NCBI GenBank assembly: GCA_010405405.1
Contig: MU004240.1
Location: forward strand, 262,316-326,315
Reading direction: 5' to 3'
Length of the DNA: 64,000 nt
From: Microthyrium microscopicum
Lineage: Eukaryota
Below the pieces are notes generated by a model. The model was not told where the DNA came from. It saw nothing but the letters and a program-made list of their open reading frames with translations, and searched no databases. Below are positions 1 through 12,038 of the stretch, piece by piece. Position 1 is the stretch's first letter, and every line of letters begins with the position of its first letter. The position numbers and the translations under genes were made by a program.

Positions 1-581
1 TAGCGCCCTTTATAATAGCAAGAATCGTAAGAATAGTAAGAATTATAGTATCTAGAGTCGTTTAAGAAAGCCTACAACGTTAATAAAATAGTTCTTACGT
101 AAATATCTTATAGCAAGCTATATTTTAGCTAAAATCCTAACTTTAACTTTACAATAAGGTTATAGGTATAGGAATTTAGCTAGAGAACTAATTCTTAGCG
201 AATACTATTACTACCGCTACTATAGAATCTCTAGCCCTAGCTATAATATAGAAATATACGCTAAAATAGTACTATGCTACTATCTTTAGATTAATTTATA
301 CTAATATTACTATTATAGAGCTAGCTAGAGCCTTATTTACTCCCTTCTTTATAGCGAGTAGTTCCTACTATGCTAACACCTAAGATATTAGTTTCTATAA
401 CTCTAATATCTTTAACGCCCTTAAGAAGTAGGAAGTAAAACCTTAATTAGGCTATACTAGCGTTAATAATAGTTTTATATTACTATTTAGAGAAGATTAA
501 TACTTATAGCGATATTAGTAGCGACACTCTTATAGGATAGAAGCTATAGTAGTAGCATATAGTTTCTATCCTCTTTAAAAC

Positions 582-791
582 TGTGATGATTCCTCTTCAC
601 AGGCTTGACAGCGGTCTTGCCCTGGAGGGGCTACCCCTGCACGGTGACGTCATAGTCACGTGTGGGTAGTCCGTGCGCGGATCCTCTACTACTTTAGCGC
701 GCCTCCGTAGCTCTAGATCTCTCTTCCCTAGCTTTGCATTCAATATACTATCTTAATCTACTACGGCTCCCGTATCTCCAGGATCCTCACA
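582..791 (+). repeat. 5' LTR (210 bp)
   Basis: TGTGATGATTCC...GGATCCTCACA with imperfect terminal inverted repeat; differs from 1410-1619 at 6 positions by my alignment. Confidence 0.95.
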
Positions 792-792
792 T

Positions 793-803
793 AATGCAAA
801 GCT
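793..803 (+). other. Self-priming primer-binding site (Tf1/sushi type)
   Basis: AATGCAAAGCT, 1 nt after the 5' LTR, is the exact reverse complement of AGCTTTGCATT at 730-740 inside the LTR. Confidence 0.75.
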
Positions 804-1396
804 CTTCAAACTCCAATTCCCGCGCTTACCCCGTGGGAGCAACTTGCCATCGGTTTGAATAGGCTCTTCAGCGCGCGAAGCGAGCGCGCAGCCATTCTAA
901 AGCGCAGAAATTCAGCGCGCAAATTCAACACGCGTCCGTAGACGCTCAGACCACTTAGCAGCCCCTGCACACGCATGCCCCACCAACATTCGAAAACGGC
1001 TTCCCTACATTCCAAACTCCTTAATGCACGTTATTCCTTAGAGTACCAACGCTACGAACGGTCCCTAAGAGGATTTAGGTAGTCCCTCAGGAGACGAGAA
1101 GAACTAGTGGTTGGCAGGATCCCACTAAAATAACAGGAGCAGAAGGGATAGGAACGTTGGCAGATTCCCAAAAGTTAGGAACGAGTGGAGGATTCTCGGC
1201 ATTCTTGGCATCCTCGGCAAAAAACGGCATTCCACGGCACGTTCGATGGCTTCACAACAACAACAAAATAGTGGTTTTTCACCTATCTTCATGGTTCCCA
1301 CAGGTTTTCTACTCCCATAAGCAATTTTCAGAGAAGGATCTTTTCAGCAAGGCAGGAGCAAGTTTCAATTTAGTTTAGTTCAGAAGCACTAATTTT

Positions 1397-1405
1397 AAAG
1401 GGGGG
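1397..1405 (+). other. Polypurine tract
   Basis: AAAGGGGGG preceded by a T-run and ending 4 nt before the 3' LTR. Confidence 0.8.
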
Positions 1406-1409
1406 CTCG

Positions 1410-1619
1410 TATGATGATTCCTCTTCACAGGCTTGACAGCGGTCTTGCCCTAGAGGGGCTACCCCTACACGGTGACGTCATAGTCACGTGTGGGTGGTCC
1501 GTGCGCGGATCCTCTACTACTTCAGCGCGCCTCCGTAGCTCTAGATCTCTCTTCCCTAGCTTTGCATTCAATATACTATCTTGATCTACTACGGCTCCCG
1601 TATCTCCAGGATCCTCACA
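1410..1619 (+). repeat. 3' LTR (210 bp)
   Basis: TATGATGATTCC...GGATCCTCACA; the terminal TG has become TA (RIP-type change). Confidence 0.95.
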
Positions 1620-4351
1620 AAAACTAAGAAGAACCTTATAATAGATAAGGGACCTACTAAAGCAGTATATAAGGTAGTAATAGAGAGGGTAATCCCTCTA
1701 TAGATAGCAGAGAGGAAGAATCTATTAGGGTATAATATTTTGTATAATAAATTTAGATAAGCGCTTAATTAATTTAAACCTATTTAGACGTAGTATTATA
1801 ATATTATTAACGCTAAAAAGGGCACTTTTAAAACTAAGAGGGTACAAAAGGAAGATAGCTTTATAATGCGTAATAATCTTACTTAACGATTCGTAGATAA
1901 GGGCACCTTATTAATTAATATTCTTTTAGATAGTAATAGCGACATTAAAGAATTATCTAATAATCCTAAAGAGATATTAGTAGGGATATAATAAGATATT
2001 AGTTTAAACGACTTATAGCTAAATCCTATAGGTACCCCTACTCCTTTAGTAATTCCTTACTCTTTAAGAGCTTCTACTTTAACTCTAAGAGCGCAAAAGA
2101 AGTATAAAAGGACTAGGGAAGTTTATATACTAAAAGATACTATTATAAAGATATCTAAATTAATTATTTAGGCTCTTAGAGATTAAAATAAACATAGTAG
2201 TAGTAGTGCTAATAATCTTATAAGTAGTAATAGTAGTAGTAGTAAAGGAGGTAAAGTTATAGGTTTAAAGGAAGAGGTAAATAAATTATACTTAGAGATA
2301 ATAAAGATAAAGGAGTTATTAAAGGATCTTATAGGTAATAGACGTTAGTAAGAGTATTCTAGTATTCTTTATATAATTTAGTAGTAGTATTAAAATATAG
2401 TTTTTATATAAATCTTATAATAGATACTAAAAGCTTTAAAAGTATATAGAAAGATTAAATAATTAGCTAATCCTACTCTATTAACTTTTCCTCCTTTAGT
2501 AAGAATATCTAACTTTACTTTATAACTTTAATATCTTTAATAAATACTATAATTATTCTATATTATTTAAATTATCTTATTCTTCTCCTTCTAATAGTAT
2601 TAGAATATTAAATATATCTATAGAATTTAAATATTTATTAATTAATAGTAGCAAAACCCTAAAACGACTCTAAATAAGATTATATTCCTATAACGCTATT
2701 CTATAGTTCTAAAGTAATACTAATATAGTCTAATAATATACTATAGGTATTAATCCTATCTATATATTACGCCTATAGTTAGATATCCCTCCTTACTATA
2801 AGTTCTTTAAAATAGTAAATATCTACTCTATAGTAATATAAATACTAGCTTATTATAAATTAAAGTTCTACTACTAAAGGGGTAATTCTATACCCTAGTA
2901 TAGAGATATAATTACATTATTAATAGGATAAGCTACGTCGCTATATAATAGCTTCTTTAGACTATTACTAAATATTTATTAAATCCTATTTTTAAAACTA
3001 GAATTAATTAACATTAGGGGGTCGTTTAAGGATCTAAAGTAGCTATAATTAAGTGCTAGTAACATCCTATTAAGCGTAGCTATAGCTTACGTTTTTATAT
3101 AGTAGTTTCCTTTATAACTACTATAGAATTCCTACTAAATCTAGGTGCCCTCTAGCTTATTAATATTAATATACGTTCTATTAATCTAGCCCTAAAATTT
3201 ATATATACTACTAGCATAATTAATAGCTCTAGCATATTGTTTATATCTTAATAGTATAAGGAAGAGGTAGAATTATAATAATAACTTTATATATTTATAG
3301 TATAAGTATAATAATATAGCGTTAAAGTAGAACTTTATATAACTAATACTTCTTTTAAAGTACTAATAAATATTAATATAGGTATGAATTCTAGTAAGCC
3401 TATAGTACACTATATATAATAGGAAATTAGCTTTATTTAGTAGTATAATTTAATATAAAAGAGGAATATTATTAAGATTAAATATCTCTACTAGCTATTG
3501 TATTTTATACTTCTTAAATCTATTATATACTAATTAGTACTATAGATATTACTTTAACCTAAGCTTATAGCGTATACTAATATTTAACTTTATATATCTA
3601 TTTTAACTTATTTTTAAGATACTAATTAAATAGTACATATTTAATTAGTAGCCTATATTCTTTATCTCATTATTTATCGTTAAGTATTTTATATATTAGC
3701 ATTACTAAAATACTAATAGTAGCTATCTTAATATCGTTAGCTTTAATGGTATCTATTTTGGGCTCTTTTTAGTTAAGATAGATCAAAATATAGCAACGTT
3801 ATAGTAGGAAAACGTATATAGGGAAAATTTATATATAACGTATTATCCCTACGTAATACTTGTAAATCCAAGCGCTAACGCCCCCTAACCTAGATTTAGC
3901 TAGAAAATACTTAAATCAATTTGGCACGATTTGGTTTGCTAACCCTCCCCATTGAGATACAATTCGCTGAATGTCGGCTAAAAAACGGAGACTGGAAAGC
4001 TTGTCCTTGAGTTCCATCCAATGTATGCTTGCTCCTCAAGCCATCAATTGATTTTTGGTAACGCCTTCTCCACTTTAACGTAAAAATAAGGCAGATGGCT
4101 TCTAGGCGCTTCTAGGTGACCTTGAGAATGCCAAGTTTTCCAACCTGGAGTAAGCCACGCCGTCCCTTTTACGGGTAGAGGCGTTAAATATCATAAAATT
4201 CGCACGCTAAATGTCAACAATGGTCAACTCCTTTTGAAAGAGGAAGATGTCACAGCAAGGACATAAAACCACCATGTCTGGCATCGGATAGTATTCATAC
4301 CCCAAATTAGTTTACAACTTCTTACTCTCATTAATATTTGATCATTTCAAC

Positions 4352-5732
4352 ATGAAGTCACTCGTTATTCTTCTTCTCGCGCTTTGTATGTCCCCTATTC
4401 GCTACCAAAGTAACGAACTTCTGCTAACACTTGGAACTCATAGCTGCTGCTGCCAGTCCTGCGCAACAAAAAGATAGCTCGTCCCGATGCAAGAGCTGGT
4501 GCGATAACACCAACAAGCCAGGACAATGTACATCGCAAGCGAATAACGGCTTAGGCGCCTGCTATACGTGCGGTCCTTATAAATCACTTGCTTCCGAAAA
4601 GCTCTGTGATGGCAACTGCGCAGACACAGCCAGCGACGCGAAGAATTGTGGTTCTTGCGGAAACGAGTGTGGTTCAAAGAAGATGTGCAGCGCTGGAAAA
4701 TGTGTCAAATCCACTACAAGTTCAGTCTTGATCACTTCAAGCGCGAAACCAGTCTCCAGTGTAAAGACAACATCTGCAGCATCCAGTTCTAAGCCGGCGT
4801 CGAGCTCAGCTTCAACTTCCTCCAGGCCAGCTTCAACCTCTTCCAGGCCAGCTTCCACGTTCTCAAGCTCAAAGTCGGCATCAACAGCATCAAGCTCCAT
4901 AGTCTCTTCGTCTAGTTTGAGCAGCGTATCAGCATCTGCCTCTTCTGTCTCCTGCCCAGCTGCTACCACGGCAGCAAACACTTATGCCGTAGCTACATCA
5001 GGTGCTCTGGGATACAGATATGTTCCACCATCCTCAGGAACCCAGATATCCGACTCTACCGACCTCGACACGACCATTGCAGAGTGCGAAAACCTCTGCT
5101 CCACCACTCCCAGTTGTCAAGCTTTCTGGGTTGTGAAATACTCCTCCCAGGACACGTATATTTGCACAATCAGCCCGGCTCCATACGAGGCGAGCTATTT
5201 CAGCTACGACAGCACCTTGAGTGATCCTCAGTCCACCGTCGTCTACAGCGTAACGAACTGGACGCCTCCCGCCAACATTCTTGCTAACGGTGATTTCGAG
5301 AACGGCTGCCTAGCTCCATTCAAATCTTCCTCATCCTTTGGTCCAACTGGACCAGCTGTGCAAATAGTACCATGCGGTCAATATGGCGATTGCATATCTG
5401 GATCATACTATGCGTTGCTAGCAGGCCAGCAGTCAACTACACCACCTAACACAAACTACGGTGTAGTACTTTCGGGCAGCCCCATCACAACTCCAGGCAC
5501 GGCATACACGGTCACAGCGTGGGTGAAGGGGACCAGTGGTGAATTGTGGATCAATGACAATCAAGGCGCGATTCCTACTGATGTGATTAGCGCAACTGGG
5601 AGCTGGCAACAAGTGTCAGTAGGCTTCACTGGTGCTTACGGACAATCGATCAACTTCTTTGCCAAAGTCAACACTGCGTCTCCAACACAGTTCGAATGGA
5701 GAATTGATGATATTCAGTTCACCAGTTCTTAG
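4352..5732 (+). CDS. Secreted modular protein: Cys-rich (Stig1-like) domain, Ser/Thr linker, PAN/apple-like domain, CBM4/9-like C-terminal domain
   Basis: Exon 4352-4385 (MKSLVILLLAL, signal peptide) splices in frame across GTATGT..CTAAC..TAG (4386-4443) into ORF 4431-5732. Motifs CDGNCADTASDAKNCGSCGNEC, ECENLCSTTPSCQAF and NILANGDFENG. Confidence 0.8.
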
Positions 5733-6124
5733 ATTTGCATGCCGTAGGTCAATATTTTGACTGCACCAAAATATGACCAATTGAGCGATATGAATTGTTT
5801 ACAGCAGGGAGTGTACTAAAAGAAACATATGTCAGTCTGATGTGGCTCAAATGAGTGTCTGTAGATACAAGTTCCTAGTAATTTTTGGGGACAGTAATGT
5901 CAGGGGTATCATGGCACTTAAATGACCTGCATGACGCCCATCCAGTGAAATGCTTGGGAGTTATAACTTATAGCGGTTGATGTGAGTGGAGAAGTTAAGA
6001 GTCCTTGGAGGCGACCGAGGCAGCGGGGCCGGGGAAACAGTGAAGCATCTTTACTTGTGAAATTGGCAGGGGTCAGTAATTGAATGCTCCCAGAGTCCCA
6101 ACAGCTTCAACACCTGTACTTCTT

Positions 6125-6147
6125 ACCACCACCACCACCACCACCAC
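6125..6147 (+). repeat. (ACC)n microsatellite in the ALDH 5' region
   Basis: About 7.7 perfect ACC units. Confidence 0.9.
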
Positions 6148-6221
6148 TCCTCCATTATTCCAGCTGTTGATTACTCCATCGCAAGCGCCCACCGCCTCGT
6201 AATACTACAAGTATCGCAACC

Positions 6222-7850
6222 ATGGTTTCTCTTCCAGCCTTTGAGCACACGCCCATTGACAAGATCGCCGGCATCTATGGAAAGGTTCAGAAGTCTTATC
6301 TTAGTCACAAAACCAGAGGCCTTGAATTTCGTCTAGCTCAGCTGCGCAAGCTGTATTGGGGGTTAGTGAAGCCATGTAATGGTTGGAAAATTCTGTACTG
6401 ACAGCGCAATAGTCTCAAAGATAATCAAGAGGCCATTCAGGAAGCCTGCAAGCTGGACCTTGGCAAACCATCTTACGAAACCTACATCACCGAGACTGGC
6501 TGGTGCATGAACGACATCATCTTCACTTGCAACAATCTTGCCAAATGGATGAAGGACGAATCTGCTCCAGATATCCCGTTGATGAACAAGGCATTGAGCC
6601 CACGTATCCGCAAGGACCCGCTTGGTGTAGTTCTGGTCATAGGCGCTTATAACTTTCCAATCCAGCTTAGCCTGGGCCCTGTCATAGGTGCTATTGCAGC
6701 AGGAAACACAGTCGTTCTCAAACCATCAGAGAACTCGCCAAACGCTGCTGCGGTCATGAAGATGATTCTTGAAAAGTATGTCGATTCATCTTGCTACACT
6801 GTCATAAACGGTGCAGTCCCAGAGACCACAGCGCTGCTAGAGCAAAAGTGGGACAAGATCTTCTATACTGGCAACGGAACAGTCGGTACAATCATCGCCA
6901 AAAAGGCTGCCGAAACTCTCACGCCAGTCACCTTGGAACTGGGTGGCCGAAATCCCGCCATTATCACAAAGAATGCCGATCCAAGATTGGCCGCTCGTCG
7001 TCTTGTATGGGCCAAAATACTCAACGCTGGTCAAGTTTGTGTTTCGCAGAATTATATCCTTATTGACCGGGAAATTTTACCTCAGTTTCTGGAGGAGCTG
7101 AAGAAAACTTTCAAGGAGTTCTTCCCTGCTGGTGCAAAGGCATCTCCAGATTACGGCCGCATCGTCAACAATCGACAATGGACTAGACTCAAGAAAATGC
7201 TAGATGACAGCAAGGGAAAGATTCTTATCGGTGGAAATATGGACGAGGCAGACCGCTTCCTTGAACCAACCGTTGTGCAAGTCGATAGTCTAGACGATTC
7301 CCTTCTTGCTGACGAGAGCTTTGGTCCACTGATTCCAATCCTTCCGGTGTCGAATTTGGATGAAGCCATCAAAATCGCCAATTCAGTGCATGACACCCCA
7401 CTTGGCATCTATCCATTTGGCAACAAAAAAGAAACAGATCAGGTCCTCAATCAAACAAGATCAGGCGGTGCCAGTGTCAACGATGGTTTCTTCCACGCAA
7501 GTCTTCCAACTCTCGCCTTTGGTGGTGTCGGAACATCTGGAAGCGGCGCGTACAGAGGTAGATCTTCCTTTGACTGCTTCACCCATCGCCGCTCCGTTAC
7601 TACGACTCCCGCGTGGATTGAACGCATGCTGGCTATCCGCTATCCACCTTACAAAGGCAAGCTGGGCCAATACAAGAAGATGCAAGATCTCAAGCCCAAC
7701 TTTGACCGAATGGGTCGTTCAACTGGTGGCTGGCTCAGCTGGCTGATCAGCCTTGGTGCCCAAAGCAAAGGCGGTGCATTGATCAGATATTTGTTGGTTG
7801 CGTTGATTGCTGTCTCTTATAAAAGATGGCAAGCTCAAGCGAAAATTTGA
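6222..7850 (+). CDS. Fatty aldehyde dehydrogenase, ALDH3 family (Hfd1/CarD/YLO-1-like)
   Basis: ATG at 6222, one intron at about 6362-6412. PLGVVLVIGAYNFP, LKPSE, FYTGNG, TLELGGRNP, NAGQVC, ESFGP; C-terminal membrane anchor. Confidence 0.93.
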
Positions 7851-8536
7851 GAATGAAATCTTCGTCAAATTGTCAATATGAGTTGGTACAGAGGGACGAG
7901 TACCAGAGTGTTCTTTGTGTTTTCGCAGCTAATGCGTCGGCCGTCTTGTACAAAAGGTTTTTATCATGTAAGATGAAATTGTACGTTATGAGTCTTTCCA
8001 ATCTTTCAGCGTCTCTACCATACCAAGACTAGAAGCAGATTAGACAGCAGTGCTCAATAATGATGGCCGTGAACAAAGCTGTCGGTATTGATTCAGCCTC
8101 GAACGCATGATTCACCCAGCTGGTATCAAGTTGCATATCTGCTTCGCTAGAAACGAAGACTACTACCGCCTTGAATATGCAAGCCCCTCGGACGGCCAGA
8201 CATTAGATCTCATTGGCACGCAGGAGGTTTAGCTGACCGCCAAAACATTCAGCCGCACCTCGTGTAGCCAGGCGTTAACTTAGCTCAGCCGTAAGCAGGC
8301 CCGGCCTCGTGCTCGAGGCCGCTAGCAGATATAAACCACTCTTCGTCTCTCGTGTAATTTCTCATTTTTTCAAATTTATGTTCTACTGCCAAAAAATGCG
8401 ATCACTGTCAACGCCTGGGAAATTTGACTAAGAGGAGGTTCGGAAAACACTTTCGCAGTTGAATTCAAGCAAGAATATTTCAGACTTATCTTCAGCAGAG
8501 TAGAACACTTTTTTAACTTCACCGGCAACCGAAGAA

Positions 8537-10322
8537 ATGGCTTCTGCAATGGTAGAAGTGTTATCAGTCCCCGCAAAAACAACTGAAGTGATTGTCAAGT
8601 GTCCGCCGAAACGCTTAGTAGTTTGCTGTGATGGTAAGCAGTCATTTTTGATATGAAGCAATGGAGGCCTCCCTCAATTGAGAGTGCTGATATAGATAGG
8701 CACTTGGATGAATAGCAACGAAGGTACCGATACTGGATCGGGTTTATTAGATAATATTCTGGGACTTGGAGGATTGACTTTGCAGCAACCAACAAACGTT
8801 ACTCGGATTTGTCGGAGTATTAAGCCAACCTCGACCAAAAGAATCGGTGATTTGGTTCAGCCAATCTCACAGATAACTTTCTATGGATCTGGAATCGGCA
8901 CAGCAAATGCTTTGGACAAAGCTCAAGGCGGACTCACCGGCGAAGGCGAAGCTGGTGTTGCAGAACACATCCGAGAAGCATATCAATTTATCTCAGCCAA
9001 CTACTCTGCTGATTCCGAAGACGAGATTGTCCTAGTTGGTTTCTCGCGTGGATCTTTCACTGTTCGCAGTGTAGCAGCATTCATCAACGATGTTGGTCTA
9101 CTGACGCAAAAAGGAATGACCTATTTTTATCCAATCTTCGAAGACTGGGAAAATCAACAGAAGATGTTGAAGCCAGGATATAAGGCGACCTTTTCTAGCT
9201 ATCCTTTTGAAGGTCCTAGGCCCCGGATGTTTCCAGACCCAACAGAATACAGAAAAAAGCTAGTGCAATTGGGTTACACACGACCGAACATCAAGGTCAA
9301 GGCAGTCGCCGTGTTTGATACTGTTGGATCCCTTGGAGTACCACGTATAGCTTTCTGGCACGATGTCTCAGCGCCACAACATTCCCTCGATTTCGCATTT
9401 GTCGATACCATGATGGTGAGTTTTCCTGTGAGCAAATATGATAGTTTTGAAGCAGATAGAAAATGATACTAAACTATGCAAACGGGTCGTTGACTAACAA
9501 ATCGCAGCCGCCCAACGTAGAGAATGGAATTCATGCTCTAGCCCTCGACGAGATTCGCAAACCTTTCTCGCCCACGCTTTGGGAGAAGCCTGCGCCTGGC
9601 CAAACGCTCACGCAAGTCTGGTTCTCCGGCGCCCACGCTGATGTTGGTGGCAGCTACGCCGATACTTCTGGAGCTAACATCTCGCTTGCCTGGATGGTGG
9701 AGAAGCTCTCAGCCTTTGTCGAGTTTGACCTCGACATGCTGGCGTATCAATACAAAGTCCCCGCTCCAACCGTCAAACGTGACTGGGGATGTGGTATGTT
9801 ATTCAAAAACAGTTTCGGGAAATAGATATGGTATGCTAACTGAGAGCCAAAGGCATACTCAATAACGAATTCGCTGGCGCTTATACCGTCTTCGACTACC
9901 ACGTTCGCACACCCGGTGCTTACACACGCTACAACCACGAAAGCGGCGAGCCTTATGTGCCTGCGCAGCCACTCGTCAGTACTAACGAAAAGCTGCATTC
10001 CAGCGTGCGAATCCGCTGTGGGCTTTCTGGACCAATGCCACGAACCGGCAAGACACCCGATTCGGGCGTGTACTGCTGTCCAGCTTGGTGTGGGAAAGAT
10101 AAAGTGAAGCCATGGACAGTCACTGGACTGCCCAAGACTCCTGTAAAAGCGAGTGGCTTAAGTTTGGAGGAGATTCATAAGCTGCAGGCAAATATCCAGT
10201 GGACGAGGGCAGGGACGACGCAGATGATGGGAGAGGATTTGATTGGCAAGGCCGAGTGGGAAATATTGAAAAGCATTTCGCCAGGTGTGGCGGACAAGTT
10301 TTTCAGCTTTGGACCTAAATAG
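8537..10322 (+). CDS. DUF2235 / Tle1-like alpha/beta hydrolase
   Basis: KRLVVCCDG|TW across intron 1, TNVTRI, GFSRGSFTVR, VFDTVGSLG, HALALDEIR, QVWFSGAHADVGG; 3 introns join the listed ORFs. Confidence 0.9.
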
Positions 10323-11288
10323 GTTATAGAAGTTATGATGCTTTCAAGCTCAGAGGCAGCCATGTGGTAGCATCGTTGACTTAGACCTTGAAGTTGAAGG
10401 AGAAAGAAGATTTATTGCTAAGGCACTACGAGGCCTAAACGAAGTAACGAAATATTTGCTGGACTGGTTTGGCCAAGAAACCAATATTAAGCTCTCTAAC
10501 TAACTGACTTTTCATCCTTAACGTTCAATGGTGCGGCGTTTCAACTCTTTTATTAGATTGATCCTGATACAAAGATTTGTATGACCCAGCTTATTTGGAG
10601 GAGTGACATGAATGAATACTAGGTTTTCCATCCGAGCTAGATGTATTTCCTGTCGCTGTTCTCTGCAAATCAAGCGTCCGAATCTTTTTACAGTTATAGA
10701 ATCTACGTTGCGCAATGTCTCTAAAGTTCGACATTGGATGTACTCCCGAGGTCACTGGTAGAAATTTCCGAACGGAAGTAAGTGCTGACACATACTATAG
10801 ACTGAGAACTCGCCTAGAATTACGGCAACCGGTACACAGGTATGTATTACTCGTGCACATGACTGCTCTATTTTTGGTGACATTGAAGGCAAATTAGTCT
10901 TATTAGCTGACGGTCACGGAGAACGCACAGGATTGAAACCTAAATCTTCGCGACGTAACATTCTCGAGTATATTTCGATACCGACACAAGCCTCTTACAG
11001 GGAGTTGTCGGTCATATGTAGCTTGAATGAAGGTAAAAGCTTAGCGGCACTGTAATTATGTTTGTACATGAAGAGAGCAACACATGTTTAATTTCACAAA
11101 AGTAATACGAAATGGTTCGAATATGACAGGCATAACGAAGAAATAATGGTGGTATTAAAGGTAGAATGCGAGTCTATGGTAATCAAAATTCAGCCCCAGT
11201 GGTATATATGGTCAATTAAAGACCTTCCTATGCCCAACGCCATACGCAATGCAAAAATCAAAATGGTATACCCCATTGAATGAGAAAC

Positions 11289-12038
11289 CTATGCAGATGA
11301 GGGGCCATAGAACCAGTACTCGGCAGCATATGGCTGACGAACGACCGAACCTTGCTGGCTGCATGTTGCAGGTGGCGATCCACCGGCCGTCTCTACACGG
11401 TACACATAGGTGACACCACCTGAGCTTCGACCCTGGCCATTGTCCCCCAATTGTAACCAGTCAACGGCTTTTGCACCACCTGGACCTGCAGTCGCGCCCA
11501 AAGGCGCAGGAACATCTCCAAGCTTCGCAGAGGTGAGGACAGCAGGTGGGCTGGCGAGATTGAGATTGAAGACGGGACTCTTGTCGGCGGCGAAGAAGTG
11601 GAAACCGATGCGGTTGTCGTCTGTAAGGCGGGCAAGAGGAACACTACGACTGAAGTCTTGAGTGTCGCATGTCTTGTCCTTGTTGTTGGCCATGTTATCG
11701 GTCGCGAGACCAGACCAGGCGAGATCAACGGCTGGTATGAATTGAATGAGCTCTGGTTGGGCAGTTACAACGTCCGTGATATCGAAGAGCGCGGCGGTTG
11801 CGCCAGTAGAGATAAGAGAGGTGCCGTTGCAGGTGTAGTTTTGGTGCCCGATGCCCAGGGTGACGTATCGGAGGGCAATGGCTGGAGTCACTGCGGATGG
11901 AGATTGAAGACCGGGTAGAACTGGGAGATTCGGACTTGCGGTTTGGGCGGTAGCATTTTGGAGGCTCAATTTGCTTCCTGCCGGTGCGGCAATGGAGACA
12001 GCGGCTCCCATAAGGAGGATTAGAGCTTGAGGGATCAT
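11289..12038 (-). CDS. DUF3455 family secreted protein
   Basis: Signal peptide; GIGHQNYTC, ATAALFD, AVDWLQL, YVYRVETAGGSPP, YAAEYWFY. Confidence 0.88.
   Translation of the reverse strand: MIPQALILLMGAAVSIAAPAGSKLSLQNATAQTASPNLPVLPGLQSPSAVTPAIALRYVTLGIGHQNYTCNGTSLISTGATAALFDITDVVTAQPELIQFIPAVDLAWSGLATDNMANNKDKTCDTQDFSRSVPLARLTDDNRIGFHFFAADKSPVFNLNLASPPAVLTSAKLGDVPAPLGATAGPGGAKAVDWLQLGDNGQGRSSGGVTYVYRVETAGGSPPATCSQQGSVVRQPYAAEYWFYGPSSA

Larger units (their letters stand above)
582..1619 (+). mobile_element. Non-autonomous miniature LTR retrotransposon (TRIM-like)
   Basis: Two 210-bp direct repeats (TG...CA) flank a 618-bp internal region without gag/pol. 5-bp TSD AAAAC at 577-581 and 1620-1624; PPT just before the 3' LTR; PBS-position sequence complementary to the LTR. 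Confidence 0.92.
1..3900. mobile_element. AT-rich RIP-degraded repeat/transposon relic (family not identifiable), interrupted by the LTR element at 582-1619
   Basis: Very AT-rich, TpA-saturated and depleted of CpA/TpG, with no ORF of 60 aa or more outside the insert. Composition returns to normal fairly abruptly near 3900 (boundary approximate). Confidence 0.85.

Noticed and set aside
806..1378. Short ORFs inside the LTR element (806-1015 minus, 1157-1378 plus)
   Set aside because: Non-ATG starts and no gag, protease, RT, integrase or chromodomain motifs.
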